From NCBI GenBank assembly GCA_963677305.1, contig OY781925.1, positions 2,878,783 to 2,942,782 of the forward strand: a stretch of DNA of 64,000 bases. The letters run 5' to 3'. This DNA comes from an uncultured Holophaga sp. GTDB taxonomy: Bacteria > Acidobacteriota > Holophagae > Holophagales > Holophagaceae. The notes below the pieces were generated by a model. It searched no databases. It was not told the origin of the DNA and saw only the letters and a list, made by a program, of their open reading frames with translations. Positions 10,159 to 18,398 of the stretch are shown in pieces (within the stretch, counting starts at the first letter, position 1; each line of letters starts with the position of its first letter). Position numbers and translations under genes: made by a program.

Positions 10159-10602
10159 ATGCCCCTGGTGATCAATCACTCGCTGGGCCTGAGTGCAGAA
10201 CAGCAGCACCGCATCGCCGATGCCCTCACCCACCTCCTGGAGGACGAGGGCCTCCCTGCGGACGCCACCTGCGTCACCTTCAGGCCGACAACCGCAAGCG
10301 GAGCCACCCACGAGGACCCGTTGTCCGACTTGCCTCCGCTCATCTCCCCCGAGTTCCGCACCCGCGCCCGCAGGACACGGGCAGAACTGCAGGCCCTGCG
10401 GGACCGGCTCATCGAGACCCTGCAGGAGCACCAGACCCTGAGCAGCCTCCAGGCCCGGAAGTGCCTCGGCCTGACCCACTGTGACTGGGCCCCGGCCGCC
10501 ATCCGGCGAATGTTCAGAGAGCTCGAGCACCAGGGGCTGGTGGTCCAGCAGGGCGTCAAGCGGGGCACCTGCTATGCATGGATAGGCCCGAAGACCGCTT
10601 GA
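10159..10602 (+). CDS. Hypothetical protein: tautomerase-like N-terminus fused to winged-helix-like C-terminus
   Basis: 147 aa. MPLVINHSLGLSAEQQHRIADALTHLLEDEGLPADATCVTF resembles the 4-oxalocrotonate tautomerase beta-alpha-beta unit with Pro1. The C-terminus (LQARKCLGLTHCDWAPAAIRRMFRELEHQGLVVQQGVKRGTCYAWIG) looks like a wHTH. The opposite-strand ORF is Gly-rich junk. Confidence 0.45.
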   Translation: MPLVINHSLGLSAEQQHRIADALTHLLEDEGLPADATCVTFRPTTASGATHEDPLSDLPPLISPEFRTRARRTRAELQALRDRLIETLQEHQTLSSLQARKCLGLTHCDWAPAAIRRMFRELEHQGLVVQQGVKRGTCYAWIGPKTA

Positions 10603-10752
10603 CGGAGGTCGGCACCCCGCCCTGACCAAAGAGGATCAGGCCTTGCTTTCCGGACAGTCTCCTGGGAAACTGGGGGTTCGCGCTCCCGTAAGGGGGCACT
10701 CCTTGCTCCGGTCCGTGCACCGGGGCTTCACATCCACGAGGAGGATAAACAG

Positions 10753-11142
10753 ATGCGTCGTTACGAGACGATCTTCATCGCCTCCCCGACGCTGACGGAC
10801 GAGCAGGTCGACGACCTGGTCCGTCAGTACGAGGGGATCATTGCCGAGCAGGGTGGCGAGCTGCTCAAGACCGACAAGTGGGGCCGCAAGAAGCTGGCCT
10901 ACGAAGTCCAGAAGTTCAGCGAGGGCTACTACACCCTGTTCGAGATGAACGCCGGCTCCACGCTGGTCGCCGAGCTGGAGCGCCGCTTCCGCAACAACGA
11001 GAACGTGATCAAGTATCTCTCCGTCCGCATGGACGCCGAAGCCAAGGCCGCTGACCGCCAGAAGGCCCGCTATGACCGTGAGGCCAAGCGCAAGGCCCAG
11101 GCCGGCATCAAGGACCGCAGCGCCGAGGAGGTGATGGGATGA
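10753..11142 (+). CDS. rpsF: 30S ribosomal protein S6
   Basis: [23 protein letters not shown]...GYYTLFEM, classic bS6. SD GAGGAG upstream. Confidence 0.9.
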   Translation: MRRYETIFIASPTLTDEQVDDLVRQYEGIIAEQGGELLKTDKWGRKKLAYEVQKFSEGYYTLFEMNAGSTLVAELERRFRNNENVIKYLSVRMDAEAKAADRQKARYDREAKRKAQAGIKDRSAEEVMG

Positions 11143-11402
11143 AGCGTCGCACCGACGGAAAGGGCAAGCCCAAGAAGAAGAAGGCCTTTGGCGGCCGGCG
11201 CAGTAAGTTCTGCAAGTTCTGCGTCGAGAAGACCACTGCCATTGACTACAAGGACGTGAAGACCCTGTCCTCCTTCACCCCTGAGCGCGGCAAGGTTCTG
11301 CCCCGCCGCACCAGTGGTGTCTGCGCTCTTCACCAGCGCATGCTGGTCGAGGCCATCAAGCGCGCCCGCAACATCGCGCTGCTGCCCTTCGCCACCGACT
11401 AG
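11139..11402 (+). CDS. rpsR: 30S ribosomal protein S18
   Basis: 87 aa, KFCKFC...[47 protein letters not shown] overlap with rpsF. Confidence 0.9.
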   Translation: MKRRTDGKGKPKKKKAFGGRRSKFCKFCVEKTTAIDYKDVKTLSSFTPERGKVLPRRTSGVCALHQRMLVEAIKRARNIALLPFATD

Positions 11403-11482
11403 TCTCTGGCGATCGGATTCTCGCACAGGCCGCCGCAAGGCGGCCTGTGTGCGTACTCTCCCCTCCGGTAGAATGAGCCCCC

Positions 11483-11980
11483 ATGCCCACCCCCAACAAG
11501 CCCCAGAAGACCGCCAGCCTGCTCATCATGGCCGCCAAGCGGCGGATCAGGCACATGGTGGCGGCCCGCTTCCGGGAGGCCAAGCTGACAGACCAGCAGG
11601 CCCTCATCCTGGAGAGCGTTCGGGAGGCGGGGAGCATCTGCCTTACAGAGCTGGCCTCGCACATCCGCCTGGACCACCCCACGGTCTCCAGGCTGATACA
11701 CGGCCTGGAGCAGCAGGGATTACTGGTGATCACGCCTGACCCGGAGCAGCGCCGGAAGGTGATCATCCGTCTCGATGAGCGCCAGCGCCCCTACCTGGAT
11801 GAGATCCACGAACTGGCGCTGGACTACCGGGCCAAGCTGGAGGCCGGGCTCAGTGAAGAGGAGAAGCGGATCTTCCGCATCTGCCTGGGTAAGGTACTGG
11901 ACAACCTGGACCGGATGGAGGCCGAGGCCCAGGTACCGGGAGGCAGCCGAGGCCAAGGCGATCCCGACCCGGAGGGCTGA
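11483..11980 (+). CDS. MarR family transcriptional regulator
   Basis: 165 aa, wHTH region LTDQQALILESVREAGSICLTELASHIRLDHPTVSRLIHGLEQQGLL typical of MarR. Confidence 0.8.
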   Translation: MPTPNKPQKTASLLIMAAKRRIRHMVAARFREAKLTDQQALILESVREAGSICLTELASHIRLDHPTVSRLIHGLEQQGLLVITPDPEQRRKVIIRLDERQRPYLDEIHELALDYRAKLEAGLSEEEKRIFRICLGKVLDNLDRMEAEAQVPGGSRGQGDPDPEG

Positions 11981-12218
11981 GCCCCCCTGGGGGACTTTGT
12001 CCATCCCGAACGGCTTCAGCATTGCCTGCAGTGGGACGGGTCTGGTGCCAGAAAAGCCTTTGGGGCCAAAGATTACACAGATCAACACAGATAGTCAGCG
12101 ACCCACCAGAGGCGCCTGAGGCAGGTTCAGAGGGGGAATCGGTACCCACATCCGTGTCCCCTGCCTTTGTCCCCGCCCACACCACCGAAGCGGAGTCCAG
12201 GCCGCGCACCACGCCGCC

Positions 12219-12893
12219 TCAGCCCCGGGCGTAGCGCTGGAGCTTTGGGATGTCCACGATGCGGACCACAGGGAAGGTGCTCTGAACCAGCCCCAGGTCA
12301 GAGAGGAGCCTAAGGGCCCGGCTGAAGGCCTCACGGCTGGCCCCGATGCACTGGGCCAGATCTTCCTGGGTCTGGGAGAACTCGACCAGGGTGCGGCTGG
12401 GATTACGCTGCTGGTAGTCCAGGATGAGCTGGGCGACCCGCTCGGGCACGCTGTGCAGGCTGAGGGTCTCCACCAGGGAGATGAGCATGCGGACCTTGGA
12501 GGCGAAGTGCCGGATGATGTGCTCGGCCACCACCGGATTGCCCAGGGCGATACGGCGGAGCTGCTGCCCGGGGATGAGGAGACACTCCGTCTCCCCCCGG
12601 GCCTCGGCGCCAGAGGCGATGGGCCCTCCGTCAAAGGCCTGCACCTCACCCACGAAGTCCCCGGGGTGGAGGATGTCCAGGATCTGCAGCTTGCCCCTGC
12701 CATCGGTCCGGAAAACCTTGAGGGACCCATTCAGCACCACGAAGATACCGGGGATCGGCTCCCCCAGAGAGAAGACCAGATCCCCGTCACCGTAGCGCTT
12801 GACTTCACAGGCGGCGGCGAGCTCCAGGCACTCCCCGGAGGACAAGCCCTCCAGGAAGCTGACTTTCTTCAGGCACTCCACTGTCGGTCCCAT
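12219..12893 (-). CDS. Crp/Fnr family transcriptional regulator (cNMP-binding domain + HTH)
   Basis: cNMP-binding beta-roll (GDLVFSLGEPIPGIFVVLNGSLKV...) and a C-terminal HTH (QEDLAQCIGASREAFSRALRLLSDLGLV). Start chosen at MGPTVECL. Confidence 0.75.
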   Translation of the reverse strand: MGPTVECLKKVSFLEGLSSGECLELAAACEVKRYGDGDLVFSLGEPIPGIFVVLNGSLKVFRTDGRGKLQILDILHPGDFVGEVQAFDGGPIASGAEARGETECLLIPGQQLRRIALGNPVVAEHIIRHFASKVRMLISLVETLSLHSVPERVAQLILDYQQRNPSRTLVEFSQTQEDLAQCIGASREAFSRALRLLSDLGLVQSTFPVVRIVDIPKLQRYARG

Positions 12894-12955
12894 CCGTCCC
12901 CCGTGAAACTGCCCCTCTGGAAGCACTGTCCCCCACTTGTCCGGGCAAGTCCAGT

Positions 12956-13522
12956 CTACTTGACCCGCTCCATGTAAGTGCGATCCACCGTGTTCACACG
13001 GACACGCTCACCACTCTCCATGTAGGGGGGCACGTTGACGGTCACGCCGTTCTCAAGCTTGGCGGGCTTGTAGGAGCCGGTGGCGTTGGCGTTCTTCATG
13101 ACGGGCTCGGTCTCCACGATCTCCAGGACCACGCTGGCGGGCAGGGTGGCAGAGAGGGGGTTGCCGTCGTGGAACTCGATCTCGAGCTCCATGTTGGGCA
13201 CGAGGAAGACGATGTCGTCGCCCAGGATCTCCTTGTGGAGTTCCGTCTGCTCGTAGGTCTCGTTGTTCATGAAGACCAGCATGTCGCCATCCTCGTAGAG
13301 GAACTCCAGCATGTGCTGCTCGAGATTGGCGCGCTCGATCTTGTCGGCGGACCCGAAGCGGTTCTCGCGGTTGATACCGTCCTTCAGGCGCTTCATCTTG
13401 GTCACCACCCGGGCGGGGAGGTTGCCGGGGGTCTGGTGCTCCACGCTGATCACCCGGCAAAGCTCGCCTTCGTAGTTGATGATCATGCCGGCACGGAGCT
13501 GGGTCGCGAGGATGTTGGCCAT
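12956..13522 (-). CDS. efp: Elongation factor P
   Basis: 188 aa, aligns along full length with EF-P (KPAKLENGVTVNVPPYMESGERVRVNT). Loop tip reads TPGNLPA (Asn at the usual Lys/Arg position). Confidence 0.9.
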   Translation of the reverse strand: MANILATQLRAGMIINYEGELCRVISVEHQTPGNLPARVVTKMKRLKDGINRENRFGSADKIERANLEQHMLEFLYEDGDMLVFMNNETYEQTELHKEILGDDIVFLVPNMELEIEFHDGNPLSATLPASVVLEIVETEPVMKNANATGSYKPAKLENGVTVNVPPYMESGERVRVNTVDRTYMERVK

Positions 13523-13577
13523 GGGTCCCTCCGGATGGAATGGCGAAAGGCCCCTGACGGATCAGGGGCCTTTGGGG

Positions 13578-13652
13578 TGGTGGGCGTACCAGGGTTCGAA
13601 CCTGGGACTTCTACCGTGTGAAGATAGCACTCTACCGCTGAGTTATACGCCC
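13578..13652 (-). tRNA. tRNA-Val (anticodon CAC)
   Basis: Manual fold of reverse strand: acceptor GGGCGTA/TACGCCC, D-arm ACTC-AGCGGTA-GAGT, anticodon stem CTATC/GGTAG with loop TTCACAC (CAC), T-arm CCAGG-TTCGAAC-CCTGG, discriminator A, encoded CCA. Confidence 0.8.
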
Positions 13653-14179
13653 GCAGAAATACTAGTGTAGCAGGTTCCGAGGCGATGTCCAGCGCTGTTT
13701 TTTCGGAGTCCTTCGTCCAGCCGGGCCACAAAGCGGAGGATCCCTGGCCGTTCAGCCTCCCCCTCCCGCGCATTCCAGAGCCCCAGCATGTCCTCGGGGC
13801 ACCCGACCCGCTCATAAATGGCCTCCACAGCGGCTCCCAGGGCCCTGGGCTCCAGGGGAGCATCCAGCACCTCCCGCAGGAGGGCGAGCCTCCAGCGGTC
13901 CTGGGCCCGCTCCCAGCGGAGGTGCCCGGGACGGGGGAGCGTGCCGGACGTCTCCATGCAGGCCTCCCAGAGGGCCGCCTCGAAGCCGGGGTCATCGGGC
14001 CTCATGGCCTGGAAGGTCTGCAGGGCTGGGCCCTTCCCAGCTTGCTCTGCCGCCCAGGCGAGAAGGGTCAGGGGGCTGACCAGACTGAAGTCGTAGCCCA
14101 CCAGCAGGTCCTCCCAGGAGAGCTCAGCTCCTGGCTCAAGATGGCGGGTGAAGATGCGGATCCAGCAGTCACGGGTCAC
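13643..14179 (-). CDS. Hypothetical protein (possible GTG start 8 bp after agmatinase stop)
   Basis: Only the C-terminal ~178 codons of the 423-aa track ORF have protein-like composition (VTRDCWIRIFTRHLEPGAELSWEDLLVGYDFSLVSPLTLLAWAAEQ...). The upstream part overlaps agmatinase out of frame and is Gly/Arg-rich. Its last 10 nt overlap the tRNA-Val 5' end. No family recognised. Confidence 0.35.
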   Translation of the reverse strand: MTRDCWIRIFTRHLEPGAELSWEDLLVGYDFSLVSPLTLLAWAAEQAGKGPALQTFQAMRPDDPGFEAALWEACMETSGTLPRPGHLRWERAQDRWRLALLREVLDAPLEPRALGAAVEAIYERVGCPEDMLGLWNAREGEAERPGILRFVARLDEGLRKNSAGHRLGTCYTSISAGV

Positions 14180-14187
14180 AGGGCACC

Positions 14188-15132
14188 TCAGGGGCAGGAG
14201 AGGAGATGGAGGGCCAGATGGGCGGCGACCAGGGCGCTGGCCTCCCCACCTTCCAGGGTCGGAGCCAGCTCCATGAGATCGGCCCCCACCCAGGGTGCAC
14301 ACCAGGGGGCCGTGCCCTGCAGAAGCGTGATGATCTCCGCCACCGAGAGCCCGGCGGGCACCGGCTCGGCCACGGCGGGACAGAAGGCGGGATCCAGGAC
14401 ATCCAGATCGAGGCTTAGGTACGCGGGCCCCTGCCCCACCCGGGCGAGATCGCCCTTGAGCTGGGAAGCCAAGCGGGGGTCCCGGAGATCCCAGGGAGTC
14501 CAGAGCCGGAAGCCCGCTTCTGTCAGCAGGACCAGCTCCTCGCTCCCGAATCGGGGTGCCCTGAGCCCGACCTGGACACAGCGGCTGCCATCCAGGAGCC
14601 CTTCCTCCAGGGCCCTGCGGACCCAGGTGCCGTGGTGGTACTCGGTGCCCCAGAGCCCGCCGTCCGCGGCATCGGGGTGGGCATCGAAGTGCAGGAGTCC
14701 CAGGGGACCGTGCTTGTGGGCCAGCGCCCGGAGAGCTCCCAGGGTCATGAGGTGGTCTCCCCCCAGGAGCAGGGTCCGGGCGCCCTGCCCGGCCCAGGCG
14801 CTCACCCCCTGGGTGACGGCCCCTAGCGCTTCTTCGGCGGAGAAGGGGCGGGTGGGAAGGTTCCCCCCATCCACCCAGTCCACCCCGGTCCAGCCCCGAC
14901 CGCCCTCCTCGCAACCCTGGAACCGGAGCGGCATTGGCAGGCGCCCCATCCCGAGGCTGGCGCTCCGCAGCGCCCAGGGACCCATCCGGGCGCCGGGGCG
15001 GTGGATCACGCCACCATCGAAGGGCACGCCCAACACCACACCGGAAACGGGTCCGGGCTCAGTCAGGAGCGGCAGACCCAGGAAGGGCGTCTGACCGGAG
15101 AGAAAGGTCTGAAGAGGGTTGTCCAGGTTCAA
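14188..15132 (-). CDS. Agmatinase-family ureohydrolase (arginase/agmatinase fold)
   Basis: 314 aa with binuclear-Mn motifs GGDHLMTLGALRA, LHFDAHPDAAD, LSLDLDVLDPAF. The pattern is closer to agmatinase/guanidino-acid hydrolases than to arginase. Confidence 0.8.
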   Translation of the reverse strand: MNLDNPLQTFLSGQTPFLGLPLLTEPGPVSGVVLGVPFDGGVIHRPGARMGPWALRSASLGMGRLPMPLRFQGCEEGGRGWTGVDWVDGGNLPTRPFSAEEALGAVTQGVSAWAGQGARTLLLGGDHLMTLGALRALAHKHGPLGLLHFDAHPDAADGGLWGTEYHHGTWVRRALEEGLLDGSRCVQVGLRAPRFGSEELVLLTEAGFRLWTPWDLRDPRLASQLKGDLARVGQGPAYLSLDLDVLDPAFCPAVAEPVPAGLSVAEIITLLQGTAPWCAPWVGADLMELAPTLEGGEASALVAAHLALHLLSCP

Positions 15133-15812
15133 GAAGCTTCTCCGAGGATGGAACGTACCGAGGCCAGCCAGGCGGCTTCATCCGCAAAGTCCGCCGGATG
15201 CATGAGCCCACCGGGCAACACCTTCAGTCGGGTGCGGGGGGCCTTGGCCAGATTCTTCAAGTGGGGGAGGAGATCGTCGTCCCCCACCCACGGGTACCAG
15301 GGGTCAGGACTCATGAGCCGGATGGGCAGCATGGGGACCCCGAGCTGGAAGGCGGCGGCCACACCACCGCGGTAGAGGGGAGCGAGGCGTCCGCCCCGGG
15401 TGGTGGTGCCCTCCGGGAAGAGCAGCAGCGGGTCCCCCGCCACCATGGCCCCCTCCAGCCCCCGAAGTGCGACCGTGCGGCTGGCCAGGCTCTCCCGCCG
15501 GACAAAGCGCAGTCCGTGACGCTGGGCCAGCCTGCCGATCACGGGATAGCCCGCCACCTCCGACTTGGCCAGCACCTGGGCGGGCCTGAGGCTCAGGAGG
15601 GCCAGGGGGTCGATCCAGCTCAGGTGGTTGGCCACCCAGAGCTGGCCCCCTTCCGGCAGCTTCCCCTCCAGCTCAATGTCCACCCGGAGGGCCTCCAGGA
15701 CCCCGGCAGACCAGGCCGAGAGATCCCGGGCCCGGGGCTCCCGCACGCAGCTCACGAGTCCCCGGGCGACCGTCAGGCCCAGGACCCGCGCGATGCGGAG
15801 GGCCGACCTCAA
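15129..15812 (-). CDS. PlsC-family lysophospholipid / 1-acyl-sn-glycerol-3-phosphate acyltransferase-like protein
   Basis: 227 aa, HX4D motif (VANHLSWIDP) and FPEGTTTRG motif. ATGA overlap with downstream agmatinase and upstream GNAT. Confidence 0.75.
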   Translation of the reverse strand: MRSALRIARVLGLTVARGLVSCVREPRARDLSAWSAGVLEALRVDIELEGKLPEGGQLWVANHLSWIDPLALLSLRPAQVLAKSEVAGYPVIGRLAQRHGLRFVRRESLASRTVALRGLEGAMVAGDPLLLFPEGTTTRGGRLAPLYRGGVAAAFQLGVPMLPIRLMSPDPWYPWVGDDDLLPHLKNLAKAPRTRLKVLPGGLMHPADFADEAAWLASVRSILGEAS

Positions 15813-16348
15813 GAGACCAGCCTGAGGCGGCTGTAGCGGGCCTTGAAGCGCTCCAGGTCATCCCGGGTGATCTCGGACCAGAGCCGGACATCCCCCGGCA
15901 TGTAGTAGTCCTGGACCTCCGCCACCACCCGGGCCCCCAGGGCCTGGTGAACGCTGCGGGCATCGGTGTTGTCCGGCTCCACCAGGAAGCGGCAGGCCTC
16001 CATCTGCTCGTCGGCGAGCTTGGAGACCATGGCCTTGATCAGGAGATAGTTGGTCCTGCCCTTCTGGTAGTCGGGGTGGACCGCCAGGGTGGCGCAGTAG
16101 GCCGTCTTGCCACTGGGGAAGTTGAGGACGTAGCCCACGGGCCGCTCGCCATCCAGGGCCAGGAAGCACCACTCGGGGTAGAGCTCGGTGCAGAGCCTCA
16201 GGTAGTGGGGACAGAGCTGCCCGGCGGCGTCCTCGCTCCACATCTCCGACTCGAGACGCTTCAAGTGGGCGAAGTCGGAGGAACGCAGGGCGCGGACATG
16301 GAGTCCTGCGGGTTCAGGCTGCTCTTGGCTGATCTGGATCGGGCTCAT
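15809..16348 (-). CDS. GNAT family N-acetyltransferase
   Basis: Start at MSPIQISQ (ATG 16348). Acetyl-CoA-binding motif region HPDYQKGRTNYLLIKAMV...FLVEPDNTDARSVHQALGA. The upstream part of the track ORF is Gly/Trp/Arg-rich and was rejected. Confidence 0.7.
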   Translation of the reverse strand: MSPIQISQEQPEPAGLHVRALRSSDFAHLKRLESEMWSEDAAGQLCPHYLRLCTELYPEWCFLALDGERPVGYVLNFPSGKTAYCATLAVHPDYQKGRTNYLLIKAMVSKLADEQMEACRFLVEPDNTDARSVHQALGARVVAEVQDYYMPGDVRLWSEITRDDLERFKARYSRLRLVS

Positions 16349-16439
16349 GGGCCACCTCCTGGGGTCCAGGATGGAAGCCGCATGTGACCAGCTCATGAAG
16401 GTCTGACCCTCAGGCGGGGAACAGACTGTAAAAAGGCGG

Positions 16440-16958
16440 CTACCCCAGCCCGTGTTCCCGGAAGAGGCTCGGATAGCTGCGGGTCTCCACCGGGGCCCCG
16501 GCCAGGCCCAGCTCCCCGAGCGCCTGATGGATGAGCCCCCGCTCCCCCTCCAGCTCCAGGTAGCAGCCAAAGGGGGCCTCATCCAGACAGGCCACCAAGC
16601 CCTCCCGCTGGAGGATCTCCCGCCGCTTCTCCATGGTCATCACGGGACTGAAACCCAGCTGGCGCAGGATGGCCTCCATGACCCGGGCATCCTCCACTCC
16701 AGTCTCAAGTTCGGGACGGATCTTGAAGGTGGGATCCTCCAGTTTGGGCCCCTTCCAGGTCAGGCGGGTGGCGGAGGCGTACTGCCGCAGGCGGAGGGCG
16801 GAACCCTGCCGGAACAGCTCTCCATCGCGATCCCAGAGGACGCTCCGCTCCGTCTGGTCGGGAACGGCGGGACGGAAGCCCTGCTCCAGGAGCCTCTCCC
16901 GGATGGCTCCCAGTCCGGTCAGAGGGATTTTCACTTCGGTTTCGATGGGATGGGTCAT
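16440..16958 (-). CDS. CYTH-domain protein (class IV adenylate cyclase / triphosphate tunnel metalloenzyme family)
   Basis: 172 aa, starts ETEVKIPL (EXEXK motif) with later acidic-residue pattern typical of CYTH/CyaB. Confidence 0.7.
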   Translation of the reverse strand: MTHPIETEVKIPLTGLGAIRERLLEQGFRPAVPDQTERSVLWDRDGELFRQGSALRLRQYASATRLTWKGPKLEDPTFKIRPELETGVEDARVMEAILRQLGFSPVMTMEKRREILQREGLVACLDEAPFGCYLELEGERGLIHQALGELGLAGAPVETRSYPSLFREHGLG

Positions 16959-16982
16959 GGCGGATCCTGGGTCTCTGATCGC

Positions 16983-18311
16983 ATGATAAGGAGTAACGGA
17001 GACCGCTTGATCCCGAAACGCTACCTCATCGCGACGCTTTTCATCGCGGCCATGCTACTCATCCTCGCTGTGGTGAGGGGGCCTGAGGATGCCAGGACCG
17101 GCGGTCACAGTGCCACTCCCGTAGCCATGCCGCTGGGCCTGGACAGCTTCGAGAAGCTGGCGGAGTACCGGATCCCCGATGGCTGGGCCCCCCGCTTCGT
17201 AGGGGCCCAGGACCCGGATCAGTGGACACCCTGGCCCCTGGGGGGTGGCTTCGAGGTCCCCTGGGAGCCGGCCAGCGCCTATCTGGAGGACCAGGGGCTC
17301 GCCCTCAACGGCCCGGACGGCAAAAGCGAGATCGTGCTCTGGAAGGGGCTGGAGTGGCGGCACTACCGCTTTGATGCCCCCCTGGCCAGCGCCCGGCTCG
17401 ACCCGGACAAGGGCACGCGCCTCCTGGTGACCCTGAGCCTGGGCAAGGGCCGCTTCCGCTCCCAGTTGATGGAAGTCCCCGAGGGCCGGGTCGTCTGGTC
17501 CGTGGAGAGCGGTCCATGGAGCCGCTTCAGCTGGGATGGAGAGGGTGTGCTGGTGGGCCTGTTCCGGAACGATGGCCCCCTCCTTCTGGCCAGTCTGCCC
17601 CTGGACGGGGATCCGGGCGACGCCACCCTGGCCCCCTGGGATGAGAAGGGCCTCTCCGCCCCTCCCAGGGGACTGCCCACGAAGGAAGACCAGCTTTGGG
17701 ACGAAGGCCGGGATCTGCCGGGGTCACGCCTCGCGACCCCCTGGGGACCGGACGCCCACCTCTGGTTCCCCAGGAAGGACTGGCTCTGGATCGGCCAGGG
17801 GGACCACTGGACCGCCTGGCATCTGGAGGACCGTGTCTGGCACCGGAAGGCCTCGGGCGAGGGCAACCTCACCGCCTTTCCACCCCTGGCCATGGGGCGG
17901 AGCCTCAAGGTCCGCAACGGCATCCTCACCCGCCAGACCACCAAGCCCGATCGGGAAGACTGGAAGGATGTCCCTGAGGGCACCCCTGCCTGGCCCCTCC
18001 CCGATGCCGCATGGAGCTGGCCCAGTCTGGAGACCGGCCTGACCGCCTGGGATCAGCGGTGGGGGGCCTCGGCGGAGGCCATCCCGCGGGAGCGCCAGCG
18101 GGAGGCCCTCTCCAAGGCCTATCGATCGGATTGGCGCACCTCGGTCCGGCTCCGCGCCTCGGTACGGGGTTGGCTGGTGGACGGCCCCGAGATCGCCCTC
18201 AGAGAGGCCAAGGGCAGTGCGTGGATCTGGACCGGCGACCGGGTCATTCTGGTGCGGCTGCCCCCCTCGGAGCGGCTCGCCTGGATGCGGAAACACGGAC
18301 CATGGAAGTGA
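16983..18311 (+). CDS. Hypothetical membrane-anchored Trp-rich protein
   Basis: Start MIRSNGDRLIPKRYLIATLFIAAMLLILAVV (single N-terminal TM), then ~400 aa rich in Trp/Pro/Gly/Asp (WTPWPLGGGFEVPWEP, HLWFPRKDWLWIGQGDHWTAWHLEDRVWH). The upstream portion of the track ORF is antisense to the CYTH gene and was rejected. Confidence 0.5.
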   Translation: MIRSNGDRLIPKRYLIATLFIAAMLLILAVVRGPEDARTGGHSATPVAMPLGLDSFEKLAEYRIPDGWAPRFVGAQDPDQWTPWPLGGGFEVPWEPASAYLEDQGLALNGPDGKSEIVLWKGLEWRHYRFDAPLASARLDPDKGTRLLVTLSLGKGRFRSQLMEVPEGRVVWSVESGPWSRFSWDGEGVLVGLFRNDGPLLLASLPLDGDPGDATLAPWDEKGLSAPPRGLPTKEDQLWDEGRDLPGSRLATPWGPDAHLWFPRKDWLWIGQGDHWTAWHLEDRVWHRKASGEGNLTAFPPLAMGRSLKVRNGILTRQTTKPDREDWKDVPEGTPAWPLPDAAWSWPSLETGLTAWDQRWGASAEAIPRERQREALSKAYRSDWRTSVRLRASVRGWLVDGPEIALREAKGSAWIWTGDRVILVRLPPSERLAWMRKHGPWK

Positions 18312-18398
18312 TGCCGCGTTTTCAGGCGCATCTTCTCCGTGAATTTCTGATAGCTTAAGCGCAGCATTCTCATCGCCCGACGGCAGCCCGAGGTTCAT

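Noticed and set aside
13685-15094. 469-aa plus-strand ORF overlapping agmatinase and neighbours
   Set aside because: Pro/Ser/Arg/Gly-rich shadow frame; the minus strand carries a clear agmatinase with metal-binding motifs.
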